Assembly: GCA_951406725.2 (NCBI GenBank)
Contig: OX597814.1
Location: forward strand, 183,644,001-183,708,000
Length of the DNA: 64,000 nt
Source: Octopus vulgaris
Lineage: Eukaryota
Direction of reading: 5' to 3'
A program made the translations under genes and the position numbers. Below the pieces are notes generated by a model that did not search any database, was not told the DNA's origin, and saw only the letters and a list, made by a program, of their open reading frames with translations. Positions 51,805 through 63,999 of the stretch are shown here, one piece after another; position 1 is the first letter of the stretch, and each line of letters begins with the position of its first letter.

Positions 51805-52205
51805 ACTCTTTTTACTTGTTTCAGTCATTTGACTGTGGCCATGCTGGAGCACCACCTTTAGTCGAGCAAATCGAGCCCAGGACTTCTTCTTTGTAAGCCT
51901 AGTACTTATTCTATCGAGTTATTTTACCGAACCGCTAAGTTATGGGGACGTAAACGCACCAACATCGGTTGTCAAGCGATGTTGTGAGGACAAACACAGA
52001 CACACAAACATATACACACACATACATACGCACATACATATATACGGCGGGCTTCCTTCAGTTTCCGTCTACCAAATCCACTCATAAAGCTTTGGTCTGC
52101 CCGAGGCTATAGTAGAAGATACTTGCCCAAGGTGCCACGCAGTGGGAATGAACCTGGAACCATGTGGTTCATCAACAAGCTACTTACCACACAGCCACTC
52201 CTGCC
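51805..52205 (-). mobile_element. SINE family 1, full length
   Basis: Head, CORE, internal microsatellite and tail are all present. Confidence 0.92.
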
Positions 52206-52833
52206 ACTTCATTGTTAACATTGACATCAATTCTATTTCTCAAATCTAACTCCTGCAAAAAAATAATTTATTTTATAATTACAGATCCCATCTTTTGCAA
52301 AAAATCATAAATAAATAAAAATAAAAATATATATATAAATACATAAAAGTATTAAGGAAAAAGAAAGAACAGAGAATATTGAGAAACAAATAATCCCTGC
52401 CACAAATAACTTGAATATGTATTCATCAAAAGAAAATATTGCGTACTTAATATGGTCGCTGTTCATAACATCTAACATAGACTTAAGATTACGTTCACAG
52501 TATCTACGAGAACTTACGTTTTATAAATCATAATTAAGTTGTAATATCGGACTCTTGCAGAAATTATAATACCAGTTATTTACAGTTATCATTTAAAAAA
52601 AGGCTGTTTATATTATAACTATTGTAGTTAGTTACTTATGTCAAGAATGAGGTAGGGTCTGTAACATTCAGCTCGCCATAATGGGAATGCTATCTACAGC
52701 TATATCATATAGTAATGCATAACATTGAAGCAAAACACTATAAAAAGATAAACAATTTATTAATTGAACCAACTGCCAAGAATGAATGAGAGCTGCAAAA
52801 GTAGGTATACAATAAGGATTGTACCAGTATTAT

Positions 52834-53148
52834 TAGAGGGGTGCTAGGATCCATTTAATACTAGAATTCATTTAATTCATTAAAACCGTTACTACTATTT
52901 TAAATATTTCTGTTTACACAATTTTTTTCTGTAATACATCTGTTATTTGCAGGTAAAGTGGAAATCCAACAACAACTAGTAATTTAACAAAGGAGGGCGC
53001 ATGGGTGTCCACACTAGACTAATGGAGTGTGTAAATGCGGGAGGCAAAAAGTTTGAACATTTGTGAGTTTATTTTTGATATATTTGTATAATCAATAAAG
53101 TACATTTTGTGTGCACGCTTTGTTTTTCATTATTTTTGCAGCCCTCTG
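52834..53148 (+). mobile_element. Internally deleted Tc1/mariner-superfamily element
   Basis: Encodes VHTRLMECVNAGGKKFEHL* (transposase C-terminus), with imperfect TIRs TAGAGGGGTGC / GCAGCCCTCTG. Confidence 0.65.
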
Positions 53149-53308
53149 AAAATGCAAATAGGCTTATCCAATTCAATTAAGCTTTTTGTTGTGATGGGTT
53201 TATAAGTAGTGTCTCAGTAGGGAATTGATGATGAAATACCTACCCAAGATTGAAATTATCACGGCTGAGTCCTCTATATCAGTCTATTGTATTTAAAAAG
53301 GAGAGAGA

Positions 53309-53358
<50 letters not shown>

Positions 53359-53704
53359 TAGATTAAATTAGAGATAAAACCACTATTAGGCAAATCAAAC
53401 AGTGAAAATCGTAAGCCAATACATAGAAAGAAAATTATCCCTAATATTATTATATATATATATATATATACACACCAATCACAATGGTGGTTTGAGTAGG
53501 TATGGTAATGCAAATAGGAAAAACTAAAACTCAAAATATGACTATATGTATATTTTTCGAAACAACACACGAAAACACTCGGACCTTGAGTTACTCTGTT
53601 GCCTCTGTTAAATGTTCATATATATATATATATATGTTTATGTACACGCACACACACATATATATTCAGCAGAATTCTGTGGAGAATATAGGGTTGAGAT
53701 TATA

Positions 53705-53938
53705 TATATTTCTTTACTACCCACAAGGGGCTAAACACAGAGAGAACAAACAAGGACAGACATGCGGATTAAGTCGATTACATCGGCCCCAGTGCGTAAC
53801 TGGTACTTAATTTATCGACCCCGAAAGGATGAAAGGCAAAGTCGACCTCGGCGGAATTTGAACTCAGAATGTAACGGCAGACGAAATACGGCTACGCATT
53901 TCGCCCGGCGTGCTAACATTTCTGCTAGCTCGCCGCCC
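53705..53938 (-). mobile_element. SINE family 2, full length
   Basis: 18-bp TSD TATA(G/A)GGTTGAGATTATA (53687-53704 and 53939-53956). Confidence 0.93.
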
Positions 53939-55282
53939 TATAAGGTTGAGATTATAATCATCAGAATGTTTGGAAATTGCAAGGGAAATGTGGCCCGTAA
54001 TCATAAGGACCGTGTAAAGTTATGTACCATTAATCGGGTGAAGAAAATAACATCGTGGAGACAATAACGCATATGATTCTAAGAACCTTATTCAGCTATT
54101 TGCTGAAGCTCTTTAGCATTTGATTCAAGTTATACTCGCAGTGTGTTTGTGAGTTCCAATGCTACAGTCGATGTTACTTGTCCAAGGTAGCTACGATGTC
54201 GGATCGAACCCAAAAGCACAACGTTTCGGAGCAAACTTTTAAACCTGGAAGCTATGTCTGAATGTTGAAGTTTGCAAAATTGAAATACATAATTAGATAA
54301 AGAATTACAGACAGCGAAGAAATAAACATAGAGACAAGTAGAACATTTTCTTTCAAATATGTACAGTTTGTTTTTATTATTACTTTTTTTTTTATAGGGT
54401 TTCTCCTTTTTTATTGTTAGTAAGATGCAAAATTTAATTAGCAGTACGTAGAGACGAACTTCTACACACGCACAAAAGAGAAAAATACTCATAAAATTTC
54501 TGATATTTAAATATACAAACATGTTCTACTGTCAAAATTCAAAAATATAAAATAACATGTGTTAACGAAACAAAATAAAAGAAATGGAGACAGCACTTTC
54601 GAAAATGTTATGTTTGAATAAAATAATAAAAAAATGTAAAAAAAACCTCTTGCTATCAACCACGAATAGATTTCTACACCACATGGCACAAATATGTTGC
54701 AGGGTGAAATACAAGCAGAGACAATTTTTGGCCTCATCGGTGAACTGTTTTAAAGATGTTGGTTTTCATAGCTTCGTTCTAGCCAATGTATTCTTCAGTT
54801 TTTAACTTTGGAATTTGTTATATGTTGATTTCTTCTTTTGCGAAATGAGATGGTTCTGCCATCCTTTTATCATGGGAGTTGCAAAGGTATTATATTTTAT
54901 TAGACAAGCTGGAGGTAAATGAATATGAAAGATAGGCATTTGTTCGTTGGTAATTGAGTGCATAGCTCTGTAGGCTTAAAGGAAAGTAAGCCTTCGTTCT
55001 CATAGCATTAAACCTATTTAATGTTTCCTTGAAATCTGCTCAGGTTTCCCAATGTAATGCACACAGCTTGAATATGTTTGTCTACATGTATGTATTTATG
55101 TATGTATGTTGATATAATTACACGCTCGCACACACACACCATATACCCACACATAGAATCCTTCTCCATATGTATATATATATATATATATACATGGGCG
55201 TACATGTGTATATATATATAAGTGTGTGCGTGTGTGCTTGTGTGTGTATGAGTCTGTATGTGTGTCTGTATGTATGCATCTG

Positions 55283-55354
<72 letters not shown>

Positions 55355-55358
55355 CATC

Positions 55359-55400
<42 letters not shown>
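55283..55400. repeat. (TATC)n followed by (TA)n microsatellite
   Basis: Directly visible. Confidence 0.95.
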
Positions 55401-55401
<1 letters not shown>

Positions 55402-55759
55402 TAGGGCAGCGGGCTCGCGGCCGTAGGATCGCGGTTTCGATTCCCAGACCGGGCGTTGTGAGTGTTTATTAAGCAAAAACATCTAAAGTTCCACGAGACT
55501 CCGTCAGGAGTAGGTGGCGAACCTTGCTGTACTATTTCACCAAAACGTTCTCTCATTCTTTCTTCCTGCTTCTGTTGTACCAGTATTTCGAAGGGCCACC
55601 CTTGTCACATTCTGTGTGACGCTGAATCTCCCCGAGAACTACGTTAGGAGTACACGTGTCTGTGGAGTGCTCAGCCACTTGCATGTTAATTTTATCAGCA
55701 GGCTGTTCCGTTGATCGGATCTACTGGAACCCTCGTTGTCGTAACCGACGGAGTACCAC

Positions 55760-55760
<1 letters not shown>
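55401..55760 (+). mobile_element. SINE family 3, slightly 5'-truncated, alternative tail
   Basis: The head and body match the 11890-12182 copy for about 150 bp, after which the tail differs. Confidence 0.85.
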
Positions 55761-55800
<40 letters not shown>

Positions 55801-56139
55801 GGAAAGGTGGGTAGAATGAGAAATATTGTATGTAGATGTATGGCGAGCTTGTTAGAGATGGGCGAACGATCTAATTGGTACTGGTTATTATTTAGTAAAT
55901 ACACGCACAATATCTCTCTCACAGACACATTCACATACCATATACCCACACACACGCATACACACACTGCCACACACACACACACACACACATATATACT
56001 TGAGCGCTCGTGTGTATTTATATATATATATATATGTGTGAATGTAATACATAGGCAAGGGATTTTGCCCTTGGTTTCAATGGTTGCTTTACGTGAGTGT
56101 TCCTTGGGACTGGTTGACCACACTCCCTATTTTTCCTGA

Positions 56140-56416
56140 TTTGATTTTCATCTATTTATCATCTGTTTTCCAACATAACACGATACATGGCTGGGAACCA
56201 GTATCGCAGCGATGATGTCGTCATATCTGTAGTTGATGACTTTGTTTGAAGAATAGGATGAAAGCTTCTTCATCGACGATATCCAATCATTGCAGTACCG
56301 ATGGAAGAAGTGTGTGAACCGCAAGGTAGGGCGGATATTTTGAAGAATTAAAACTTTTTTGGTCATATTCCATGAGAGTATGTTGGTCAGTATATGAACA
56401 TTTTTGCCGCCCCTCG
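56140..56416 (+). mobile_element. mariner transposon 3' remnant
   Basis: Reads DDVVISVVDDF...DESFFIDDIQSLQYRWKKCVNRK..YFEE and ends in a TIR-like GCCGCCCCTCG. Confidence 0.75.
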
Positions 56417-56422
56417 CGCGCG

Positions 56423-56463
<41 letters not shown>

Positions 56464-56465
<2 letters not shown>

Positions 56466-56889
56466 TCATTTACTTGTTTCAGTCATTTGACTGTGGCCAT
56501 GCTGGAGTCCCGCCTTTAGTCGAGCAAATCGCCCCCAGGACTTATTCTTTGTAAGCCTAGTACTTATTCTATCGGTTTCTTTTGCCGGACCGCTAGGTTA
56601 CAGAGACGTAAACACACCAGCATCGGTTGTCAAGCGATGTTGGGTGGGGGGCAAACACAGACACACAAACATATACACATATACATACATATATATAATA
56701 TATATACATATACATATACATATATACGACGGGCTTCTTTCAGTTTCCGTCTACCAAATCCACTCACAAGGCTTTGGTCGGCCCGAGGCTATAGTAGAAG
56801 ACACTTGCCCAAGGTACCACACAGCGGGACTGAACCCGGCACCATGTGGTTCGTTAGCAAGTTATTTACCACACGGCCACTCCTACGCC
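56464..56889 (-). mobile_element. SINE family 1, full length
   Basis: Complete head-CORE-microsatellite-tail structure. Confidence 0.92.
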
Positions 56890-59263
56890 TAACATATGCA
56901 TAAGTATATACACACGTGTATATATGTATGTATATATGTGTGTATGTATGTATGTATGTATGTATGTATGTATGTATGTATGTATGTATGTATGAATGGA
57001 TGGATGGATGGATGGATGTTCGTATGTTTGTATGTATGTATGTATGTATAGAACTCACATGTATCATATGTTGGCATGTGCGCCCAAGCGAGTGTAATGA
57101 TATCCGTGTGTACATTTGTGTAATATTGTGTATTAGTGATTAATATGACTGTTTCATTAGAAAATTTTGTGTCTATTGTTATAACGAAAGTGGCCTTATC
57201 TGGTATTTAGTCATTTAGTGGAAGATTAATCCTCAGTTAGACTTCAAAATAAAGTAGATGTCTGAAAATGTCGCCTACGTTTCAAGGATTAAATTGTGTC
57301 CACCTTCAGACAAATTAAAGCCTATTAGTTTAGGTAGAAGAGAAATATATATCATGAAGAAAATTAGTTTATCATGAATACATTGTAATAGTGTATATAG
57401 AGAAATGAGATCTTGAATAAATACTATTTGTTGCAAATTTCTATCAAAACTTAAAGAGGCAACGTTTATTGTCAGCGTAAACTTAATTGCGCATTAAATT
57501 TGAGATCGTGACATCCCCTCTTTCTGACTAGAAGTCTCTCTCTGTCAAAATATTTGATTATAAACTATCGCATCTACGTTTACTTTTGTTATGTATGAAT
57601 ACATATTAATATATTTAATGTGATTATTCAACAAAATATTCAATATTCACTTTATAGGCCGTTTTCTTTTATATATAGAAGTATTTTTTCTCATGATTAT
57701 ATCCTTCTGAACAAATTGTGTTTTATCTAGCCATTCTTTGACGACCATTTAAATAATAACTCCGCTCAAATCACCATCTTCGCATTTTAAAGAAAACAAA
57801 TGACTAAATTTTATTAGATTTCGTGAATTAATATACTTCTTATTGTATATGATAGCATCACTTACAGTAAGTCAGACACTAAGAATTTAAAAATTGTCTT
57901 AAGTCAGCCTGATGCCTTGCTATTTTGTCTTTTACTAATACGCATGTTAGATGTTTCGGTTTCCACAAATTATATGAAGTAGATGCATATACAATTTGTT
58001 GTCGGAAAATTTATATATAAATGCAAAATATTGTCTCACAGTAAAGTTCACCTTAAAAACTATTTATTCGAATTTTCTCTTATTTTAAACGTAAAAGTGG
58101 CTTATTATTTTCTTTATAGACATTATATTTATTTCTTTTAACAGAACAGGACGTCAATATTTCTGTAACATTTATATCAATTTATTAAGAATTTTCTCAA
58201 AACGAATTCCGATGTGATACAGTTTAATCGATTACTCCTCCAGAATCAGAATAAAGAACTGGTTTTAAGCTGAACATAATAAATCAATGAGATTACAATG
58301 AAGCCATTAGCAGCACGCTAAAAGTGTCATTTCTTAAATCCGCTTACTTTATATCCTTTTCTGGATTAACAATTTGTAATTAAAGTCATAATTAGTTTGA
58401 CTTGGCTCAGTGCTGTTGTTTGTAGTGTCGTGAGAGAGGCTATTTAATTAATTCTAGTATATATTTTATTTCTAATTATTATTATCGTCGTATCATTAAA
58501 GACTGTATTTAGAATTGCCTGAGCTATATTCTTGGTGATATCACGTTAAATATCGACTGACTCGAATTTATAGCAAAAGAGTGGAAATTATTATATCATA
58601 TATAACATATCAGGTATAGAATATATGATCCACTTTAACCCAAAGATGGCTTTATATATTTGCCGGTCATTTTATTGACCTTCGAAATATGAAAATTAAA
58701 AAGTATTGCTGAACCATGTAGATAATCTAATTTCATCAAATGAAGCATCTATTCCAGTTCTCTAATATATCAGCGGCTTCTACAAGTACCACTTGAATAC
58801 CATAATGGTAGGAATACTATTTTCTATGTAACATGTTGTAGATTTTATGGAATATTAAGTCTGGTCATATTTCTGATAAACGTAATTTCGGTATTTTAAG
58901 CTCAGCTTCATAATAATATGCGCGTTACGACAAAAGATAGAACTGAAGTTTTAGCTTGCACAACTTTCAACACTTTGAAAATAATCGTACAAAAGATACA
59001 CGAGATTCGTATACCATAGCAAATTATGTCTTACATAATTTGCAATCGTCAACAGCTCACATAACGGCTATTTCGGTATATATTGTGACAATGTACCATA
59101 TTTTCATTCGCAAGATTTTAAGTTGGTGATCCTCAAACTTGTCTCACCGAACGCTAAATTGTCTTAATTTTCATCCGATTCGAGTTTTCAAAAGTTCCTG
59201 TCATAAAGGAAAGCTTGGCACCAGCAGGTAGGAATTACACATACATACATACATACATACATA

Positions 59264-59321
<58 letters not shown>

Positions 59322-59396
59322 TAGAGATAGTAGTCCCTTTCATCCCACCATATAAAAATTTTTTTAATTTAATTTAATACTTACTACTCATTTCTC

Positions 59397-59490
59397 GGCT
59401 ACACGTGTTTCTCGAGGTTCTTTTACGGTTCCTTAAGCAGGCAGTGTTTTACAGGAACCTTTCTTAAGATGTAACCCCAATCATCAGGCC
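59397..59490 (-). ncRNA. Type I hammerhead motif with extended stem II (mirror copy)
   Basis: Reverse complement of 60070-60163 with core, GAAA and stem III intact. Confidence 0.7.
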
Positions 59491-60069
59491 TCTAAGTAAC
59501 TTTATCATAGTTCGATACCAAATACTATATTTGGTAGTTGTTTCGCCAAATCTTGCGACGTCAAGCCGAAATTAATACGTAGTAGGACAATGGTAGTCAA
59601 CGGTAGTTTGTTCATGTTTTGTACCCTTAAGTTATTTTTACTTTGTAAATTTTTAATTTTTTATCATTCGTATCATTTGTAAATTTTCTTGTTGCATTTT
59701 GTCATTCGTACTATAGTTTTTATTCGAAAATATTTATTTGTCATTGCTTTCATTTTTATTCGAATATATTTATTTGTCATAGCTTTCATTTTATATCATC
59801 GCAAGTATATAATTTATTTTTATCCCTATATATTATTAATTTTATATGAATGTTTACAGACATAAGTTACGCGAGAATTTAGTTTTTGTAAACTTTTACT
59901 TTTTATTCTTTATTCGTATTTTTTATTTTTTATTTTATTTGTTATTTTTATTTGAATTAAATTATGGCTTGTACAGTAATGTCCGGCGAACCTATTTACA
60001 CATACACATACTTATTTGTTAAAATTAAAATATGGTATTTGGTATCGGACTATGATAAAGTTATTTAGA

Positions 60070-60163
60070 GGCCTGATGATTGGGGTTACATTTTAAGAAA
60101 GGTTCCTGTAAAACACTGCGTGCTTAAGGAACCGTAAAAGAACCTCGAGAAACACGTGTAGCC
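60070..60163 (+). ncRNA. Type I hammerhead motif with extended stem II
   Basis: Stem I GGC/GCC; CTGATGA (60073-60079); stem II base TTGGGGTT/AACCTCGA; GAAA (60149-60152); palindromic CACGTG; cleavage triplet GUA ending at 60160. Confidence 0.72.
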
Positions 60164-60356
60164 GAGAAATGAATAGTAAGTATTAAATTAAATTAAAATT
60201 CTTTTATATGGTAGAATGAAGGGGGCTACTATCTCTAAATAATATATATATATATATGTCCTCATTGAGAATAATTTGAACCCCTGTGATGCCAGGATTT
60301 TTATTCCCTAATAAATAAAGTAAAATTAAAAAAATATATATATACACACACATTCA

Positions 60357-60398
<42 letters not shown>

Positions 60399-60442
60399 CA
60401 TATATATACATATTCATATGGATAGATATATATATATATATG

Positions 60443-60481
<39 letters not shown>

Positions 60482-60581
60482 GTACAAACACATATATGTT
60501 TGTGAGTGTGTAAATATATGAGTACGTGTGTATAGATGGCTTGATAGAAAGACTGAGAAAGAGACAGATGCTAAGTGAGAA

Positions 60582-60616
<35 letters not shown>

Positions 60617-61427
60617 AAGCAGACAGACGGATACAGAAACAGAGATAAAAAGAGAGGGAATGAAAGAAACTGATCGAAGGAGAAATGCAGGATTATGAAA
60701 ATATGAGGAATGTACGTAAGTTTACAGAACGTGAAACAACAATTTTACACTTTCAAAACCAGGCTGAAATTCTCTATAGAATGATGCAGCAGTTTTTTTT
60801 CAAAATAGACCCCCCTTCTCCGTAAGTTAAATAATGACCTCAAACATTGCTTTGAATAGAGTCTATAAAATTTAATTTCACGGTTGATCAAGGCAGAGTT
60901 TTAGATCAACTTTCAAGTGTTGGTGGTAGTTACGGGGCGCTTTATATAATCATGCTTCCAAGTACTTCATAGACGCCCTATGTCAACTGACCGAAGATAA
61001 CTTGGAAAGCACTGACTCATCTGAGCTAATGAGCCTATGCACTTTTAAAATGTAATCTGCATTTGTTTATATTCTGTTCGTATTTCTCTTGTCGATATGG
61101 CAGAGTAAATATGATAGAATGAAAGACAGCAAAATTTGGAGAGAAGGGTAAGGCGCAAAATAGCGGAAGTATACGTTGAGAGAGATAGAAAGAGGGAGCC
61201 ATAGAATACGAGTAGTGATGGAAGAAATATTTACAATGAGTAACGGAAAGAGACATGAGACTATGAAACCTATGCGGACGAGTAAAAGAAGAGTTATTAA
61301 AAGAGATAGAGAAAAAGAATGAGGTTTGAAGGAAGACAGAAGAATGCAGCAATGCAAATGTGCATACAACAATATACACGCAGAAATACGCACACATACG
61401 TGTATGCATATGATTATACATACATGC

Positions 61428-61430
<3 letters not shown>

Positions 61431-61487
<57 letters not shown>

Positions 61488-61503
61488 TAATAATAATAAT
61501 AAT
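61431..61503. repeat. (AAT)n microsatellite
   Basis: Directly visible. Further (AAT)n runs lie at 61876-61962 and 62331-62378. Confidence 0.95.
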
Positions 61504-61871
61504 GAAGGGTTCTAGAGTAGTACCAGCATGCTAAAATAGAAGTCAAAAACGACTTAAGACCAAAATCTTCACTTAAACACAAAGGCGAAATCGGGGGAAA
61601 TGGGCAAAAATTACCTTAAGATCCCATACAAATCACGAAAAAAATTGGAAATTAAAAAGCCAGAGATATCCGTAACGCAGCGTTTACGAAGTTTGGGAAA
61701 ATATCATTTAGTTATCCTCAGCGAGTCTTACTGACCTAGGGTCATGGACCTTGCCCGTCTCAACCAATGTGTGCGATGAGAGTTTTTAACGTCTCGGCAA
61801 ATTTAAAAAGGTGATCGAAGTGAATAAAAATTAAAAAAATATAAGGTTATTGCTTAGTGAAGATTTGTGGT

Positions 61872-61875
<4 letters not shown>
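61504..61875 (-). mobile_element. Probable PLE-like pseudo-LTR fragment between (AAT)n runs
   Basis: Has a decayed hammerhead at 61670-61724 and the shared 3' module at 61508-61544. Confidence 0.55.
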
Positions 61876-61962
<87 letters not shown>

Positions 61963-61966
<4 letters not shown>

Positions 61967-62330
61967 TGTGGAACCTGAAGACTAAAACAATACCTGTTGT
62001 CATAGGTGCCCTGGGAATGATAGCGAAAGGGGCTGATTGCTACCTAACTCAGATACCAGGAAACCCCAAAATGGCAGAAATTCAAAAGATAGTGCTCATG
62101 GGAACTGCTCATATCCTACGCAAAATACTCTCTATGTAATCCCAAGGTTTAAAACAAACTTTTGTTTTTTTAATTTATGTATTAGACATTCACTAATACA
62201 ACACAAAAAAAACAAATATATGGCACACTAGGCATAACAACAACGTGAACTTCCAACCTGTTGTCTCTTGAGGTCTCTGGGTGAGACATGGAGCCAACTT
62301 GTACAGACATAAAGCAAAAGTCAAACATGG
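61963..62330 (+). mobile_element. R4/Dong-clade non-LTR retrotransposon 3' end
   Basis: 61966-62139 encodes MWNLKTKTIPVVIGALGMI...IQKIVLMGTAHILRKILSM* (RLE C-terminus) and is flanked by (TAA)n, the known Dong target. Confidence 0.88.
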
Positions 62331-62339
62331 AATAATAAT

Positions 62340-62380
<41 letters not shown>

Positions 62381-62429
62381 TACTAATAGAGAATCAGTCA
62401 GAATGCATTATGGTATTTGTTTTCCTTGC

Positions 62430-62530
62430 GGGCGGTGTTCAAATACCTGCGCAGTCATGTTTTCCCCTTCATTCTTTTGGGATCGATATAAAGGTACTAA
62501 TCAAGGGTGGTAGACAGGTGCAACTAAAAG
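62430..62530 (+). mobile_element. Very diverged SINE family 2 remnant (a similar remnant lies at about 63060-63225)
   Basis: GTTCAAATACC...CCCTTCATTCTTTTGGGATCGATATAAAGGTAC resembles B-box plus Nin domain. Confidence 0.55.
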
Positions 62531-63374
62531 CGTGTGAGATGGTTGCCTAACGCTATTTCTTTCGGTGCCCTGAATTCTTTGTTGTAATTCGACAATGACT
62601 TACTTAGCTGGGAGACTTAATTTGTCACCCGGTTTAACATCATCGCCTACCAACTTGCGTACTTTCAGTTAAGTTCCCTCCTTTGGAAACATTCTGTCCA
62701 GCTCTTTTATCTGAAATTTCCTTTCGAACGTCTCCTCCATAAATCTAGGATGACTGGAAAGAATCTTGAGCAATACATCCCCTCCTTACTTAAGGATAAA
62801 AAACATACCCATAAACACATACACACACATTCAAATAATAATATGTGCCTCCACAGATATTAAACTTCTGAAGAGAATATTACATTTGTTGATTTAAAGA
62901 TTATATTTTCGTAGTTTAGAATGGAAGACCTGCTCACATTTTGCTGAAATTTAATAAATATTGGTTAAACGCTGTGCTGTTGTTATTTTCTGTCGTAATA
63001 GAAGAAATTCTTTGGCTTAAACAATAGGGGTAATTTACAAATTATCTTACTGTCAGTACTTATGCCCCTTTACATCTTGTGTTCAAATCTAACCGATGTC
63101 CGCTTTCGATTGTACTCTAACTTGAATCGGTGAAATAAAAACTGTTATGCAAATAAGTATGATAGAAGTAAGGTATAACTTTTCCCTAAAATACTCGGTA
63201 AAGATTTCGAAGTAGAAAAGAATGCCGTGTCTGTCTAACTCTTCTAAAACATCTGCCACTTATCTTTTATTACAGATGTGAATTAAAGTGTATATGCTCA
63301 TGTATATGTATACATACATATATGTATGTATGTATGTATGTATGTATATAAGTTTGTATACGTTATATGCATAC

Positions 63375-63407
<33 letters not shown>

Positions 63408-63948
63408 TGTATGTATGTATGTATGTATGCATGCATATTATATATATATATATATATGCGTGTGTGTGTTCCTGCGTGTATTACTCTGAAGATTCCTAAG
63501 TTTCAAGCATTGCACATCCCAATTTACGAATAAAATTTTATATTAGGCTCATGTATTGAGTCCTCTTTCTCTTCCTATGAATGTATGTATGCATGTATGT
63601 ACGCATGTGTGTATATGTATATATATATATATATATATAAATGTATACATACGTACATACATACATACATACATACATATACATACATATACGTGTGTAC
63701 ATGCTTATGTGTGCATGCACATAACTAGATCAAAAAGTTTGCAAAACGTGAAGAACTCTAGTAATTGCTTCGACAGAGATTCTGTTTGACAAATTAGTGC
63801 ACCAATGTCTGTTGGATTGTTCTATCGACAGATAAGACTGCTGCAATGGCATCCGAAGAACTTAAAATGCTTCTACAGAGCCAGAAGGAGAGAAATATAC
63901 TGATGAGAGAGAAAGACAGAGTGAGTTGTGCATAAGTGACAGGGAGTC

Positions 63949-63999
<51 letters not shown>

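Larger units (their letters stand above)
50200..52260. repeat. Degenerate ~42-bp tandem array interrupted by three SINEs
   Basis: TTGTTAAC-like anchors at 50483, 50525, 50566, 50609, 50650, 50694, 50718 and 50761, with further units near 50213, 51560, 51675 and 52212. Confidence 0.65.
59315..60244. mobile_element. Non-coding PLE/retrozyme-like insert with ~217-bp inverted repeats
   Basis: Arms 59315-59532 and 60028-60244 surround a ~495-bp T-rich spacer. The insert lies in (TA)n, and each arm carries an outward-reading hammerhead. Confidence 0.85.

Noticed and set aside
50200-52260. CRISPR array
   Set aside because: Eukaryotic context, degenerate units, inter-anchor segments similar to each other rather than unique spacers, and no cas genes.
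57265-57312. Minus-strand CTGAAGG...GAAAC hammerhead candidate
   Set aside because: The core has A9G, and stems I and III cannot be formed in register.
941-63789. The many YI/HT/CV/poly-I/poly-Y ORFs in the track
   Set aside because: They are stop-free translations of microsatellites with no domain content.
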